Assembly (NCBI RefSeq): GCF_054482595.1 | Contig: NZ_JBTHVH010000001.1 | Length of the DNA: 64,000 nt | DNA from: a plasmid | Direction: 5' to 3' (one strand) | Shown here: piece by piece, positions 10,231-20,775 of the stretch | How positions within the stretch are numbered: position 1 is the stretch's first letter | Layout of the letters: the number at the start of each line of letters is the position of its first letter | Made by a program: the position numbers and the translations under genes | Notes under the pieces: model-generated | Seen by the model: only the letters and a program-made list of their open reading frames with translations | The model's database searches: none | Told to the model about the DNA's origin: nothing

Positions 10231-10419
10231 ATGAAAAACCGTAAAGCAAAGATTCTGTTAGTTCGTAGAAACGCTCCTGGCGTCTGGCAGTGGGTGAGAC
10301 TCAGCAACCGACGGATGGGGTTAATGAAACATTACGGGATGATGGATTGTGGTTTTTGCAAAAAGCCCAGCGCGGCGCAAAACCGCTGGAAAAACCACTT
10401 GCGCACTAAAGGAGAGTGA
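10231..10419 (+). CDS. small basic protein (62 aa)
   Basis: ATG preceded by GGAGAGCAAAGCG SD. Confidence 0.4.
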   Translation: MKNRKAKILLVRRNAPGVWQWVRLSNRRMGLMKHYGMMDCGFCKKPSAAQNRWKNHLRTKGE

Positions 10420-10420
10420 T

Positions 10421-10936
10421 ATGGCGTTAACACACCGCGAACTCTGTCAGATTGCGTACAAGTTCCTTAAGCGCAACGGGTTCAAGGTTTGTTTTCATGA
10501 CCGCTTTATAGCTGTAACCAGTACCGGAGAACAGCCAGATGCTATGGGATTCAGAAATTCAGCATCATGCCTGATAGAGGCGAAATGTTCTCGTGCTGAC
10601 TTGTTGGCAGATAGAAAAAAGCGTTTTCGTAAAAATCCGTCTCTTGGAATGGGCGACTGGCGATTCTTTATTAGTGAGCCGGGAATTATTTCAATTGAGG
10701 ATTTACCACCTGGCTGGGGATTACTTCACGTTGTTAACGGAAGAGTACGGAAAGTACATGGGTGGCCCAAGGGTAATTGCTGTTGGGGTAATCCTGACGA
10801 TAAGCCATTTACTGGAAATAAGCAGGTTGAATGCGATTACATGTTATCTGCATTAAGGCGCATGGAGTTAAGAGGGCACCTTAATGAAATATATGACGGT
10901 GTAATTGTTAATAAGAAAGAAGGAAACGCGGCATGA
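10421..10936 (+). CDS. PD-(D/E)XK-type nuclease-like protein
   Basis: ATG at 10421 with AAAGGAGAG SD; QPDAMGF...CLIEAKCSRADL (D...E-x-K) motif. Track ORF 10349..10936 is an upstream extension. Confidence 0.45.
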   Translation: MALTHRELCQIAYKFLKRNGFKVCFHDRFIAVTSTGEQPDAMGFRNSASCLIEAKCSRADLLADRKKRFRKNPSLGMGDWRFFISEPGIISIEDLPPGWGLLHVVNGRVRKVHGWPKGNCCWGNPDDKPFTGNKQVECDYMLSALRRMELRGHLNEIYDGVIVNKKEGNAA

Positions 10937-11841
10937 TCACTATTACCAAAGAGCGACTACTGACAATCAAGCAGTGGCGCGAAACATACGGACCTGGTAG
11001 CAACGTTGTACTGCCAGCAGAAGAAGCGGAAGAACTGGCACGAATTGCTCTGGCATCGCTGGAGCAGAATGTACTATCGGGCAACTCTCCGCTTATTCCT
11101 GGTGAAGTGTTGTCCGCAATCCGGGAGGTTGCCAGGATTCGTGCCGATTTCGATGATTTTGACGGTGACAGGCGAGGTATCGGTGATTGTCTGGATGAGG
11201 CCGAGCAAGAGCTTATCGTTACCATTAACAAATATGCCAGTCAGTTGGCAGCAGAACCGATAGCGACTAATGACGTTCGAGAGCAAACAGCCGTTCCGCC
11301 AATACAGGCTGATGTCGCGCAAGCAATTGAAAATCTCAAGCAGAAGTTAGTGGAATGCAATCGCTATAACTACTGCGCAGATGCAGTGAAGAACGTAGAG
11401 GATGCCTGCCGTGCTGTTAGCTATAGCCAAGCCGACAATCAGCCAGCATCTGGCAACCAGGCTGCCGAATCCAATCGCGGTAATGAGTGGACTGGCAATC
11501 CTGATATTGATAACGCCATCATCATGCTCGACCGCATAGATACGCTGGAAAATTGCGATGATGACCGTATTGAGGCTGTTAAGGCTGTTTTGCGTAGACT
11601 GGCTGGCAACTCTCCGGTAACTCCGGATGGTTGGATAAGCTGTAGTGAGCGAATGCCGGATACCAAAACAGCCGTTCTTGTTGCCAGGGAGTTTGACAGG
11701 AAAGGTGACTGGCGAATGAAATGGGCGACTTACATCCCGGGGCATCCTGACGCTAATGATGGGTGGGTAATACCTGGTGCGTCGTGGATTCCATCACACT
11801 GGATGCCGCTACCAGAACCGCCGCAGGAGGTGAATCAATGA
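10933..11841 (+). CDS. DUF551-like C-terminal domain protein
   Basis: C-terminal PDGWISCSERMPDT...HWMPLPEPP pattern. Confidence 0.45.
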   Translation: MITITKERLLTIKQWRETYGPGSNVVLPAEEAEELARIALASLEQNVLSGNSPLIPGEVLSAIREVARIRADFDDFDGDRRGIGDCLDEAEQELIVTINKYASQLAAEPIATNDVREQTAVPPIQADVAQAIENLKQKLVECNRYNYCADAVKNVEDACRAVSYSQADNQPASGNQAAESNRGNEWTGNPDIDNAIIMLDRIDTLENCDDDRIEAVKAVLRRLAGNSPVTPDGWISCSERMPDTKTAVLVAREFDRKGDWRMKWATYIPGHPDANDGWVIPGASWIPSHWMPLPEPPQEVNQ

Positions 11842-11905
11842 GCTGGCCTGAAGCATTCACCACGGTAGGAATTGTGATGGCGGCAGCACTGGGTTTGTAT
11901 TCAAT

Positions 11906-12157
11906 TTGTCGCTGGTGGTAACGATGGGAAAAATAACTTTTGTAGTCGAATTTGAGGATGGCAAAGAGCCACCTGTTAGCGCCAATCTTGATGTTGCTGG
12001 TGGCAGGCTTGTTTCGGTTCTATTTGGTGACTACCGAGATGACTTCTTCCAACCAGAAGAAGTTGATGTAGTGCGAGAGGCATTAAACGAGTTAAGTGTT
12101 GATAACGATGATGCTCATGCGGAAATCATCCAAAAAATGGAACTGCTAACTCACTAA
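11906..12157 (+). CDS. small acidic hypothetical protein
   Basis: Track ORF. Confidence 0.3.
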   Translation: MSLVVTMGKITFVVEFEDGKEPPVSANLDVAGGRLVSVLFGDYRDDFFQPEEVDVVREALNELSVDNDDAHAEIIQKMELLTH

Positions 12158-12205
12158 ATTATCAATTATGGTGCTATCACCTACGACACCGAGAGAAAAT
12201 TTATA

Positions 12206-12331
12206 ATGTCAAAAGTAAATGTTTTGATTTTTTCAGCAATTGTTGGCTTTGGTTTTACTGCCGGAGTGCAGATTTATATTACGTGGGAAAAAATCATCAA
12301 CTACGCATGGAGTTGTTTTATTAAGTGAGGT
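12206..12331 (+). CDS. 41-aa hydrophobic peptide (MSKVNVLIFSAIVGFGFTAGVQIYITWEKIINYAWSCFIK), single predicted TM helix
   Basis: Translated by hand; ATG with GAGAGA upstream; below the track's size cutoff. Confidence 0.35.
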
Positions 12332-12335
12332 AAGT

Positions 12336-12629
12336 ATGTGGAGAGGTAATAGTCATGGCAAAAGCCAGATGATACTTACCGAATATCAGTTTGACCATAA
12401 AACCAATAAATCACGTTCAGTATATTTGCTTCGGCACAATAGCCGCGTAAGGAATACCGTGCTGGAGCAAAATCTGACTGTTGAAATAGATAGTTACGGG
12501 GGCTTCAAGCCAACAATTTCGCTTGATGATTTTCCTCGTGGTTTAAGCGAAAGAGAAGCAATGCTGAAATTAGCAGAATGGCTACAAAGATTAAGCATTG
12601 CTATTGAAGATAACTGGTCTGAACCTTAA
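12336..12629 (+). CDS. hypothetical protein (97 aa)
   Basis: ATG at 12336 with AAGTGAGG SD; same frame as track ORF 12240..12629. Confidence 0.4.
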   Translation: MWRGNSHGKSQMILTEYQFDHKTNKSRSVYLLRHNSRVRNTVLEQNLTVEIDSYGGFKPTISLDDFPRGLSEREAMLKLAEWLQRLSIAIEDNWSEP

Positions 12630-12635
12630 ATTTAT

Positions 12636-13010
12636 ATGATGACACTAAAACATTTTCTTGACCGCCCATTATGGGCGGCAGCCGCAGGCTATGACTTTAA
12701 TTATATGGATTGCATGTCTTATACCGCCAATGCATACGACTATTCCTTCAGTCTGCTGCTTAATTCTTTAAGAATATTGCCGCAAACAGAAGTTGGAGAG
12801 CTTCATTTATGGCTATTGGGCTTTATCGCGGCTGTCGTTGGTATTGCTGTATGGCCTTTTATTTTCTGGCTGGTGGCTGTTGTAGTGTGGTTTAAGTGCA
12901 AGACATACCGGAAAAAGTATTTCTTAGGTGATGGAATGACTGATATTGCCAAAATGAACATTGAAGAATGGACTAAGGAATGTGAAAAGAAATGGCGCAA
13001 AAAGAAATGA
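12636..13010 (+). CDS. small membrane protein (two hydrophobic helices, basic C-terminus)
   Basis: Track ORF; LWLLGFIAAVVGIAVWPFIFWLVAVVVWF segment. Confidence 0.45.
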   Translation: MMTLKHFLDRPLWAAAAGYDFNYMDCMSYTANAYDYSFSLLLNSLRILPQTEVGELHLWLLGFIAAVVGIAVWPFIFWLVAVVVWFKCKTYRKKYFLGDGMTDIAKMNIEEWTKECEKKWRKKK

Positions 13011-13849
13011 CCAGAATAACTGAAGAGCGCATATCAGAGATTATTTCCCGTATCGAAATGTATGGTCACGGTGCTGGATATACGGCAGATGAAGGATTGG
13101 AAATAGCCCAGCAGATGCTGGCCTTGAGACAAAAAGAGCAACATGAAAGTAATACGTGTAGATTGAATTTTGAGCATTGGCTGGAACAGCAACGCGGAAA
13201 AATCGATGTGGACTGTGGTTGTGTGTCCACTGAAACATTCATGCACTGGCTGTGGGTAGCTTACGAGGCTGGCAACTATCCGGATATTCCGGATAGTTCG
13301 GTGCCAGCGCCAGGAAAGGGCGTCACCGGTGAACGTATCCGCATTAAGCCGCATGTTTATCGCGAACTGGTTAACCGTCTCCACGATACAGCGATCAAGT
13401 GTGCTGGCACCCAGCAATTACGAGAAAGAATTAGCCGTGTTTTGGGCGACGTTATTACACCAGATCATCATAAACAAGCCGAGAAAAGTGACCTGGAAAG
13501 GTGTCACCTTGAGGCGGCATTAAACATTAAGCCGGGGCATACGCTTGGCATTATTGATGCACTATTGGTTCATAAGATGGCCAGGGCTTTATTGCCGCTG
13601 GTGGCTGAAAAAGAGAACGCGAGCCTCAAAAAAATGCTGTCGCGGGCGGAAAGGGAATTATCAGGCAAATTATTGCCAGAAGAACTGCCACCAGCAGATA
13701 TACCAGATCGAGTGTCCCAGTGGATGAAGTCTTTTGGTTTGCCGTGGGAGGCTTTTTGGTGCTACGACCATCGCAGATGGTGTGATGAACTTGATAGCAA
13801 TTTTCCCTACTTTGCGGAAGGGAACACCTGCCCTCAATGCAGGGGATAG
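12992..13849 (+). CDS. hypothetical protein (285 aa)
   Basis: Track ORF. Confidence 0.4.
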   Translation: MAQKEMTRITEERISEIISRIEMYGHGAGYTADEGLEIAQQMLALRQKEQHESNTCRLNFEHWLEQQRGKIDVDCGCVSTETFMHWLWVAYEAGNYPDIPDSSVPAPGKGVTGERIRIKPHVYRELVNRLHDTAIKCAGTQQLRERISRVLGDVITPDHHKQAEKSDLERCHLEAALNIKPGHTLGIIDALLVHKMARALLPLVAEKENASLKKMLSRAERELSGKLLPEELPPADIPDRVSQWMKSFGLPWEAFWCYDHRRWCDELDSNFPYFAEGNTCPQCRG

Positions 13850-14184
13850 CATTTGACGAAATCGATCACCCTATCCTGAACTTCAGAAAGAAGGTCTTTT
13901 TCACGCGCCAGGACGTCAGGATATTGACGTTCTGGCCTTACCAGATGCCGGAGCTTCCCATTAAGCAGAATGGCCTCAGAAAACACTTTTACGCTGTGCT
14001 TTATCCCCTCTGTTTCACTTTTCAGCGTCAAAATAAAGCGCAATTGCTTATTAGCCTGATTCGGATTCAATACACGAATTTGCAGTTCGTCTATGCTGTT
14101 TCGCAATGGGATTGATGCCACCACACTGGTGCAGTCTCTGATTGTCTGAATTGAACGGCTAACATTGAGAACGTTATTGTGCAT
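13834..14184 (-). CDS. hypothetical protein, lone minus-strand ORF in a plus-strand block
   Basis: Track ORF; coding status uncertain. Confidence 0.25.
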   Translation of the reverse strand: MHNNVLNVSRSIQTIRDCTSVVASIPLRNSIDELQIRVLNPNQANKQLRFILTLKSETEGIKHSVKVFSEAILLNGKLRHLVRPERQYPDVLAREKDLLSEVQDRVIDFVKCYPLH

Positions 14185-14216
14185 GTGCCTGATCCACTAA
14201 CTCCTGGAGGTTTCTT

Positions 14217-14468
14217 GTGTCAGATCGAAATATAGCAGCTAAAAGCCAGGAAGAGCGAGACAAGGTGAACGTAGACCTTGCCGCCAGCGGCGTTGCTTAC
14301 AAAGAACGGCTGAATATACCTGTGATTGCAGAGCAGGTGGCCCGTGAGCAACCGGAAAACCTGCGCGCCTATTTCATGGAACGGCTACGGCACTACCGGC
14401 AGTTAAGCCTCCAGTTGCCAAAAGGGAGCGATCCGGTGTATCAGAACGAGGATGCACCAAAAAAATAA
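14217..14468 (+). CDS. hot: Hot, homolog of DNA pol III theta subunit
   Basis: [36 protein letters not shown] matches remembered HolE/theta sequence; GTG start with GGAGG SD. Confidence 0.8.
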   Translation: MSDRNIAAKSQEERDKVNVDLAASGVAYKERLNIPVIAEQVAREQPENLRAYFMERLRHYRQLSLQLPKGSDPVYQNEDAPKK

Positions 14469-14553
14469 CGGCAAGATGGGGGAGAAATGTGATTAGCCCC
14501 CAGCGTGGCGCGCCTACAAACCCCGCTTTCACAAACTATGCCTTTTCAATGTA

Positions 14554-14573
14554 TACTGTATGAATAAACAGTA
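14554..14573 (+). promoter_or_regulatory. LexA (SOS) box TACTGTATGAATAAACAGTA
   Basis: Perfect CTGT-N8-ACAG about 20 bp upstream of humD. Confidence 0.75.
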
Positions 14574-14591
14574 TCATTGAGGTAAAACGCT

Positions 14592-14981
14592 ATGGGCTTC
14601 CCTTCTCCTGCGGCGGATTATGTTGAAAGCCGAATTTCTCTTGATCAGCAGATAATTAGACATCCTTCAGCGACCTACTTCATGCGGGCAGCTGATAGCC
14701 ATCACCGTGAGGGAATATTGCAGGGTGCTTTGCTGGTGGTTGATTCCTCGCTTACTCCGGTTGATGGTTCTCTGCTTGTGTGCGCTATGGAGGGTGAATA
14801 TCGCATAAAGAGATACAGGAAGTATCCGCGCCAGCACCTGGAGGACTTAAGCACCGGGAAGAAAGAGGCGTTACCAGTAGATGACGATGGATACACGGGC
14901 AGTAATGCTGTTTTTGGTGTGATCACTCATGTCATCAATGATGCCCGAAGTGGGGAATTTGATGATTGTCCGGTTATTTAA
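14592..14981 (+). CDS. humD: HumD, UmuD' homolog
   Basis: FPSPAADYVE...HPSATYF...GVITHVI resemble UmuD; 129 aa; LexA box upstream. Confidence 0.85.
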   Translation: MGFPSPAADYVESRISLDQQIIRHPSATYFMRAADSHHREGILQGALLVVDSSLTPVDGSLLVCAMEGEYRIKRYRKYPRQHLEDLSTGKKEALPVDDDGYTGSNAVFGVITHVINDARSGEFDDCPVI

Positions 14982-15013
14982 GCTGCAAAGTGCTGGTGCT
15001 TTATGCCTGTGAA

Positions 15014-15046
15014 GTTTATAATTGTGTACACATAACGAGTACACGA
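15014..15046 (+). promoter_or_regulatory. phd-doc promoter/operator (-10 TATAAT plus two GTACAC palindromic repeats)
   Basis: TTTATAATTGTGTACACATAACGAGTACACGA directly upstream of phd. Confidence 0.65.
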
Positions 15047-15047
15047 G

Positions 15048-15275
15048 GTGTTTATGCAATCCATTAACTTCCGTACCGCGCGTGGCAACCTTTCTGAAGT
15101 GCTCAACAATGTTGAAGCCGGGGAAGAGGTTGAAATCACCCGCAGAGGCCGTGAGCCAGCAGTAATTGTCAGCAAGGCTACTTTCGAAGCCTACAAAAAA
15201 GCGGCGCTGGATGCTGAATTTGCATCCCTGTTTGACACCCTGGACTCCACCAACAAGGAACTGGTTAACCGATAA
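15048..15275 (+). CDS. phd: Phd antitoxin
   Basis: [39 protein letters not shown] matches P1 Phd; coupled to doc. Confidence 0.9.
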   Translation: MFMQSINFRTARGNLSEVLNNVEAGEEVEITRRGREPAVIVSKATFEAYKKAALDAEFASLFDTLDSTNKELVNR

Positions 15276-15655
15276 TGAGGCATATATCACCGGAAGAACT
15301 TATTGCGCTTCATGATGCGAATATAAACCGCTACGGCGGCCTGCCGGGAATGTCAGATCCGGGTAGGGCAGAGGCCATTATCGGGAGAGTTCAGGCCAGA
15401 GTTGCCTACGAAGAGATCACCGACCTTTTCGAAGTCTCCGCCACCTACCTGGTGGCTACAGCGAGAGGGCATATATTCAATGATGCCAATAAGCGTACCG
15501 CGCTAAACAGCGCGCTGCTATTTCTACGCCGTAACGGGGTGCAGGTATTTGATTCACCTGAACTGGCAGACCTTACTGTAGGCGCTGCGACTGGCGAGAT
15601 ATCTGTATCTTCTGTCGCCGACACGTTACGTAGATTGTATGGTTCTGCGGAGTAG
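15275..15655 (+). CDS. doc: Doc toxin (Fic-fold kinase)
   Basis: Fic motif [10 protein letters not shown]; 126 aa. Confidence 0.9.
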   Translation: MRHISPEELIALHDANINRYGGLPGMSDPGRAEAIIGRVQARVAYEEITDLFEVSATYLVATARGHIFNDANKRTALNSALLFLRRNGVQVFDSPELADLTVGAATGEISVSSVADTLRRLYGSAE

Positions 15656-15839
15656 ATTAATGGCACGCAAATACAACAAATTGTCCCGTGAAGCGTTAAA
15701 GATGCTTCTTGATGGCGTGAGTCGCCGCAAGGTAAAGCAATACCTGGTTGGTAAGCAAATTGGAGTCAGGACCGCTATTGCTGTGTTATGCCGTCAGGAA
15801 ATGGTTGTGCTTAAACAGAGAATGCCGGGCAGCAGATAA
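15639..15839 (+). CDS. pdcA: post-doc small protein
   Basis: Position after doc as in P1; name from memory. Confidence 0.45.
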   Translation: MVLRSRLMARKYNKLSREALKMLLDGVSRRKVKQYLVGKQIGVRTAIAVLCRQEMVVLKQRMPGSR

Positions 15840-15866
15840 AGCCCAATCAGTGATTAAAGGTGTGAT

Positions 15867-16910
15867 GTGAAAGCCGTAATTACTCCCTTTGTACAGAAAG
15901 AGCTTGGCCTCGCCACGTTCAAAGTGGATCAGGAGGTCAGAAAGCTGGTGGAGGCTGGCCGTAAATTTATTATGGAGCCGGTGCCGCGTGAGTTAATCGA
16001 GCACATGGAAGACGGCCTCGTTGTTACCGAGCAAACCATGGCAACAAATGAGGCGTTGCAGCCGTTTTTTAACAGCGATGAACTGTTTCGCCGTATTGGT
16101 GGAATTGACGCGCTGGTGGCGTGGTTGCGTAGGAAAGAGAGTCAATGCCAGGCCGCAGATCGTAGTTGGTGTGACAACCATATTGTCCACGCTGAACGAG
16201 ACAATAGCGCGGTGTTGTTGTGCTGGCATCACGATAACCATTACCGGATGCGTGGTTTTAATGAGCTGAAAGAAACGCTGCACAATAATCGCGTTAACTG
16301 GATACTGGATGTCGCCCGTCAGGAAATGGGCCTTTCAAATAGCCATGATTTAAGTATTCAGGAGTTGTGCTGGTGGGCTTTCATGCGCAACATGATGCAC
16401 CTGATGCCGGAAGAAGTCTGCCGCATATCAATAAATAAGATGAAGGCTACTCCGCAGGATAGCGGACCTCTGAAAGAGGCGGATATTCGCCCGTATGACG
16501 ATCGCGCTACAGCATATGTTCAGATGATGGAAGAACGCGCCGCGCCGATGCGTGCAAAAGTATGCCCTGTGGATGTTGACTCCGACCCTGGCATGGCGCA
16601 TTTCAAAATACCAAAACTGCAATCGCTAAAATTACCTGAGTACATGGACTTTGTTGCTTCCCGTCCATGCTGTGGGTGTGGAGCGGCGGGAGCTGGCGCT
16701 CACATTACGCCTTATATCGTTCGTCATAGTCGATTATGCGCGCATGACATTTACGCAATTCCTCTGTGCCAGTCATGCCAGCGTGATATTGAGCGTGACC
16801 GCGATAATTGGGAGAAGACGCACGGTAGGCTGGCGATGCATCAACGATTGTTCTTTGATTACGCGCTTGGAGTCGGCGCTATCACAAGTTACTCGTCGAG
16901 TGTTAGATAA
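15867..16910 (+). CDS. pdcB: post-doc protein (347 aa)
   Basis: Position; GTG start. Confidence 0.5.
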   Translation: MKAVITPFVQKELGLATFKVDQEVRKLVEAGRKFIMEPVPRELIEHMEDGLVVTEQTMATNEALQPFFNSDELFRRIGGIDALVAWLRRKESQCQAADRSWCDNHIVHAERDNSAVLLCWHHDNHYRMRGFNELKETLHNNRVNWILDVARQEMGLSNSHDLSIQELCWWAFMRNMMHLMPEEVCRISINKMKATPQDSGPLKEADIRPYDDRATAYVQMMEERAAPMRAKVCPVDVDSDPGMAHFKIPKLQSLKLPEYMDFVASRPCCGCGAAGAGAHITPYIVRHSRLCAHDIYAIPLCQSCQRDIERDRDNWEKTHGRLAMHQRLFFDYALGVGAITSYSSSVR

Positions 16911-16921
16911 AATTACTCTAA

Positions 16922-16938
16922 TATATTGCTATTTCTTT
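16922..16938 (+). promoter_or_regulatory. C1 operator-like site (14/17) upstream of lpa
   Basis: AATTACTCTAATATATTG. Confidence 0.45.
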
Positions 16939-16998
16939 AATCGATGGTATTATATTCCACGTTGATTAGTTGACATGAGCTAATCAGTAGGTGACAGG

Positions 16999-17451
16999 AT
17001 GTTACTTAACTGGCAGGGACGCCACTTCATGGAAATAAATCACTCACGAATAACATCGTACGAGATTGCGGATTACATGATCCGCACTAAATCTCTTCTA
17101 TCAGCGAAAGAACTCGCAGCAATTCTTGAAAAGGAATACCCGCATCTGGATGTCGATAAGCGCGATGTTTATCTGCGCTTAAAGGCTATCGCTGTGTCTA
17201 AGTATTCGTCTGTTTTGATTGATGACAGTACACGCCCACGTAGATTTCAGATCCACTCTCTGAATCCTGAATTCTTTCGCCGTAGCCGCGCTCCGCGCCG
17301 GTTTGATGAAAAACTCCAGAACGAACTCTATATGACGCAGGACGAAAAGGAACGCCGGGAGCACCAGCCTTGGGTAATGGCGCGTCAACTTTTCAATAAG
17401 GTGGCCCGTCAGCACCGTCATTACGGTAATGCCACATCCGCACGTATCTGA
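16999..17451 (+). CDS. lpa: Lpa, late promoter activator (gene 10)
   Basis: 150 aa, positioned before pacA as in P1. Confidence 0.65.
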   Translation: MLLNWQGRHFMEINHSRITSYEIADYMIRTKSLLSAKELAAILEKEYPHLDVDKRDVYLRLKAIAVSKYSSVLIDDSTRPRRFQIHSLNPEFFRRSRAPRRFDEKLQNELYMTQDEKERREHQPWVMARQLFNKVARQHRHYGNATSARI

Positions 17452-17536
17452 TTGATTGCTTGCCCGTTCCGGGCCTTTTGACATGTGACTTTCGTTACCC
17501 TCGCGTCAAAAAGAGTTTTTACGAAAGGAAGCATAA

Positions 17537-18730
17537 GTGACCTGGGACGATCACAAGAAGAATTTTGCTCGCCTGGCGCGAGATGGTGGTTACACCATCG
17601 CACAGTATGCCGCCGAGTTTAATCTTAACCCTAATACTGCACGTCGTTATCTCCGTGCCTTCAAAGAAGACACCAGGACAGCGGACAGCCGCAAGCCAAA
17701 TAAGCCAGTCAGGAAGCCACTAAAAAGCATGATCATTGATCACTCTAATGATCAACATGCAGGTGATCACATTGCGGCTGAAATAGCGGAAAAACAAAGG
17801 GTTAATGCCGTTGTCAGTGCCGCAGTCGAGAATGCGAAGCGCCAAAATAAGCGCATAAATGATCGTTCTGATGATCATGACGTGATCACCCGCGCCCACC
17901 GGACCTTACGTGATCGCCTGGAACGCGACACCCTGGATGATGATGGTGAACGCTTTGAATTCGAAGCTGGCGATTACCTGATAGATAACGTTGAAGCGCG
18001 GAAGGCCGCTCGCGCTATGTTGCGTCGGTCCGGGGCCGATGTTCTGGAAACCACTCTTCTGGAAAAGTCTCTTTCTCATCTCCTTATGCTGGAGAACGCC
18101 AGGGATACGTGTATTCGTCTGGTGCAGGAAATGCGCGATCAGCAAAAAGACGATGATGAAGGGACTCCGCCTGAATATCGTATCGCGAGCATGCTAAACA
18201 GCTGTTCCGCGCAGATAAGCAGCCTGATCAACACCATTTACAGCATCCGGAATAACTATCGAAAAGAAAGCCGGGAGGCGGAAAAGCACGCTTTATCTAT
18301 GGGGCAAGCTGGCATTGTTAAGCTGGCATACGAACGAAAGCGTGAAAATAACTGGTCAGTGCTGGAAGCAGCTGAATTCATCGAGGCGCATGGCGGAAAA
18401 GTGCCGCCCCTGATGCTGGAGCAAATCAAAGCCGATCTGCGTGCTCCTAAGACCAATACCGATGATGAGGAAAGGCAAACAGCCGTCGGTGGCCCTTCTC
18501 TTGAAGATCTGGACAAAGTTGCGCGAGAACGGGCCGCCAACCGCCGCGCCGATGCCGCATTGTGGATTGAGCAGCGTAGGGAAGAAATCGCCGATATCGT
18601 TGATACAGGCGGTTATGGAGATGTTGATACTGAAGGTGCATCAAACGACCCATGGCTGGAACAAGACCTGGACGAAGACGAGGAGGAAGACGAAGAAGTT
18701 ACCCGCAAGCTATACGGGGATGATGATTAA
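17537..18730 (+). CDS. pacA: PacA, terminase small/pac-recognition subunit
   Basis: 397 aa, GTG start; contains the pac hexamer clusters. Confidence 0.85.
   Translation: MTWDDHKKNFARLARDGGYTIAQYAAEFNLNPNTARRYLRAFKEDTRTADSRKPNKPVRKPLKSMIIDHSNDQHAGDHIAAEIAEKQRVNAVVSAAVENAKRQNKRINDRSDDHDVITRAHRTLRDRLERDTLDDDGERFEFEAGDYLIDNVEARKAARAMLRRSGADVLETTLLEKSLSHLLMLENARDTCIRLVQEMRDQQKDDDEGTPPEYRIASMLNSCSAQISSLINTIYSIRNNYRKESREAEKHALSMGQAGIVKLAYERKRENNWSVLEAAEFIEAHGGKVPPLMLEQIKADLRAPKTNTDDEERQTAVGGPSLEDLDKVARERAANRRADAALWIEQRREEIADIVDTGGYGDVDTEGASNDPWLEQDLDEDEEEDEEVTRKLYGDDD
17730..17916 (+). other. pac packaging site: two clusters of TGATCA/G hexamers (Dam sites)
   Basis: Hexamers at 17730, 17737, 17749, 17764 and 17860, 17872, 17883, 17911, inside pacA. 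Confidence 0.7.
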
Positions 18731-20214
18731 TGGCCAGAAGTTGCGTAACGGATCCACGTTGGCGCGAGCTGGTGGCGCTATATCGTTATGACTGGATTGC
18801 TGCCGCTGATGTTTTGTTCGGCAAAACACCTACCTGGCAGCAGGATCTGATTATTGAGTCTGTGCAGGAACAGGGTAGCAAGACATCTGTTTCGTCTGGT
18901 CACGGTACCGGGAAATCAGACATGACTTCTATCATGATCATGTTGTTCATAATCATGTATCCCGGTGCCCGCGCCATTATCGTTGCGAACAAAATTCAGC
19001 AGGTAATGACCGGTATATTCAAGTACATCAAGATAAACTGGGCTACTGCCACCAGCCGTTTTCCATGGCTTGCTGATTATTTTGTTCTGACAGAAACCGC
19101 TTTCTATGAGGTTACTGGTAAAGGTGTATGGACTGTAGTACCGAAGGGCTTTCGTCTGGGAAGTGAAGAAGCTCTCGCCGGTGAACACGCAGATCATCTT
19201 CTGTATATTATCGATGAAGCCTCCGGTGTCAGTGATAGAGCTTTCGGTATCATCACCGGTGCTCTTACCGGACAGGATAACCGCATCTTATTACTGTCAC
19301 AGCCTACACGCCCAAGCGGCTATTTCTACGATACTCATCATAAACTGGCCAAGCGTCCTGGTAACCCTGATGGCGTTTATACGGCGATCACGCTTAACAG
19401 TGAGGAATCACCGCTGGTAACGCCAGCATTTATCAAAATGAAGCTGGCGGAGTACGGCGGGCGCGATAACCCTATGTACATGATTAAGGTACGCGGCCTA
19501 TTCCCTAAATCACAGGATGGCTTCCTTCTTGGACGTGATGAGGTTGAACGTGCAACGCGGCGGAAAGTCAAGATTGCCAAAGGATGGGGCTGGCTTGCAT
19601 GTGTGGACGTTGCTGGTGGTACGGGAAGGGATAAGTCCGTTATCAATATCATGATGGTGTCCGGCCAGAGAAATAAACGCCGTGTAATCAACTATCGAAT
19701 GCTGGAATACACAGACGTTACAGAAACGCAGCTTGCCGCCAAAATTTTCGCAGAATGTAATCCTGAGCGATTCCCAAATATCACCATAGCGATAGACGGC
19801 GATGGGCTGGGTAAAGCAACAGCGGATCTGATGTACGAGTATTATGGTATTACCGTACAGCGTATACGCTGGGGTAAAAAGATGCATAGCCGTGAAGATA
19901 AGAGCCTGTACTTTGATAAACGTGCTTATGCCAACGTTCAAGCCGCAGAGGCCGTAAAATCTGGTCGTATGAGACTGGATAAGGGTAATGAAACTATTGA
20001 GGAAGCGTCGAAAATCCCTGTAGGGATTAACTCCGCAGGTCAATGGAAGGTGATGAGTAAGGAGGATATGAAGAAAAAACTCAACCTGCACTCACCAGAC
20101 CATTGGGATACATATTGTTTCGCTATGCTGGCGGATTATGTTCCCCAGGACGAAGTGCTTAGCGTCGAAGACGAAGCGCAGGTTGATGAAGCTCTGGCAT
20201 GGCTTAATGAATGA
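18730..20214 (+). CDS. pacB: PacB, terminase large subunit
   Basis: 494 aa; Walker-A-like GHGTGKS; ATGA overlap with pacA. Confidence 0.85.
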   Translation: MARSCVTDPRWRELVALYRYDWIAAADVLFGKTPTWQQDLIIESVQEQGSKTSVSSGHGTGKSDMTSIMIMLFIIMYPGARAIIVANKIQQVMTGIFKYIKINWATATSRFPWLADYFVLTETAFYEVTGKGVWTVVPKGFRLGSEEALAGEHADHLLYIIDEASGVSDRAFGIITGALTGQDNRILLLSQPTRPSGYFYDTHHKLAKRPGNPDGVYTAITLNSEESPLVTPAFIKMKLAEYGGRDNPMYMIKVRGLFPKSQDGFLLGRDEVERATRRKVKIAKGWGWLACVDVAGGTGRDKSVINIMMVSGQRNKRRVINYRMLEYTDVTETQLAAKIFAECNPERFPNITIAIDGDGLGKATADLMYEYYGITVQRIRWGKKMHSREDKSLYFDKRAYANVQAAEAVKSGRMRLDKGNETIEEASKIPVGINSAGQWKVMSKEDMKKKLNLHSPDHWDTYCFAMLADYVPQDEVLSVEDEAQVDEALAWLNE

Positions 20215-20217
20215 ACA

Positions 20218-20234
20218 TTTGCTCTAATAAATTG
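20218..20234 (+). promoter_or_regulatory. C1 operator (15/17) just after pacB stop, upstream of module A
   Basis: TTTGCTCTAATAAATTG. Confidence 0.55.
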
Positions 20235-20363
20235 TGTTTTTTAACTACCGATGTTACATTGAACCTGACCTCTTGCGCCTTGAGGCATTTTCGGTTTATG
20301 CTTATCAGGCACCTCAGTAAAACGGGTGCCGGGATTGGCCTCCCGCTTAAGTCTAAGGCGATA

Positions 20364-20387
20364 CAGACGCCGCTCGCGTCTTTTTTT
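20364..20387 (+). terminator. hairpin AGACGC-CGCTC-GCGTCT followed by T8
   Basis: Read directly; lies between an upstream target-like copy (GTCTAAGG, 20350-20357) and the c4-like RNA. Confidence 0.4.
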
Positions 20388-20417
20388 TGTATCGGCGTAC
20401 ACGCACACCTCTACAAT

Positions 20418-20497
20418 GGTGGGCTGTATGGGGCTACCTTCGGGTAGGCTGGTTACCTTGGACGCCAGTAAGGCCAACTCCGTACAGTCCACCGCCA
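20418..20497 (+). ncRNA. c4: c4-like structured antisense RNA (module A)
   Basis: 11-bp terminal stem GGTGGGCTGTA/TACAGTCCACC, internal hairpin with TTCG loop, 3' GCCA; single-stranded CCTTGGACG (20456-20464) complementary to CGTCTAAGG (20534-20542) on the downstream SD. Confidence 0.5.
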
Positions 20498-20553
20498 GCA
20501 AGATTGGTCTCTTCTGCGGTGGTTACATACCAACGTCTAAGGAGGCTGCCAAT

Positions 20554-20775
20554 ATGGCTACTATCCCTACCCCAACTCATCCTGAATTTATCTGGCGCTT
20601 TTACTCCTGCCAAAAACGTCACTATCACTTCGTTATTGCACCGACAGAAGATGAGGCACGTTCTCAGCTTCCTGACGCCCCATGTATTTTCTCTGCCCGT
20701 TTTTCCACTGATTCACGCAATTCTCTCAGTTACTGGTGCCTCCCTGTTAACGCTTCTGCTCAGGAGGGACTATGA
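20554..20775 (+). CDS. icd: icd-like small protein (73 aa), coupled to ant
   Basis: ATG with AAGGAGG SD; stop overlaps ant start (ATGA); track ORF 20326..20775 is an extension across the RNA. Confidence 0.55.
   Translation: MATIPTPTHPEFIWRFYSCQKRHYHFVIAPTEDEARSQLPDAPCIFSARFSTDSRNSLSYWCLPVNASAQEGL

Noticed and set aside
20418-20497. tRNA gene (stem plus 3' GCCA)
   Set aside because: Terminal stem is 11 bp rather than 7, no D- or T-arm consensus, and the module B copy lacks the CCA; better explained as a c4-like antisense RNA.
20326-20775. 149-aa track ORF upstream of ant
   Set aside because: The N-terminal 76 codons run across the structured RNA and terminator; an internal ATG at 20554 with an AAGGAGG SD gives the 73-aa product conserved in module B.
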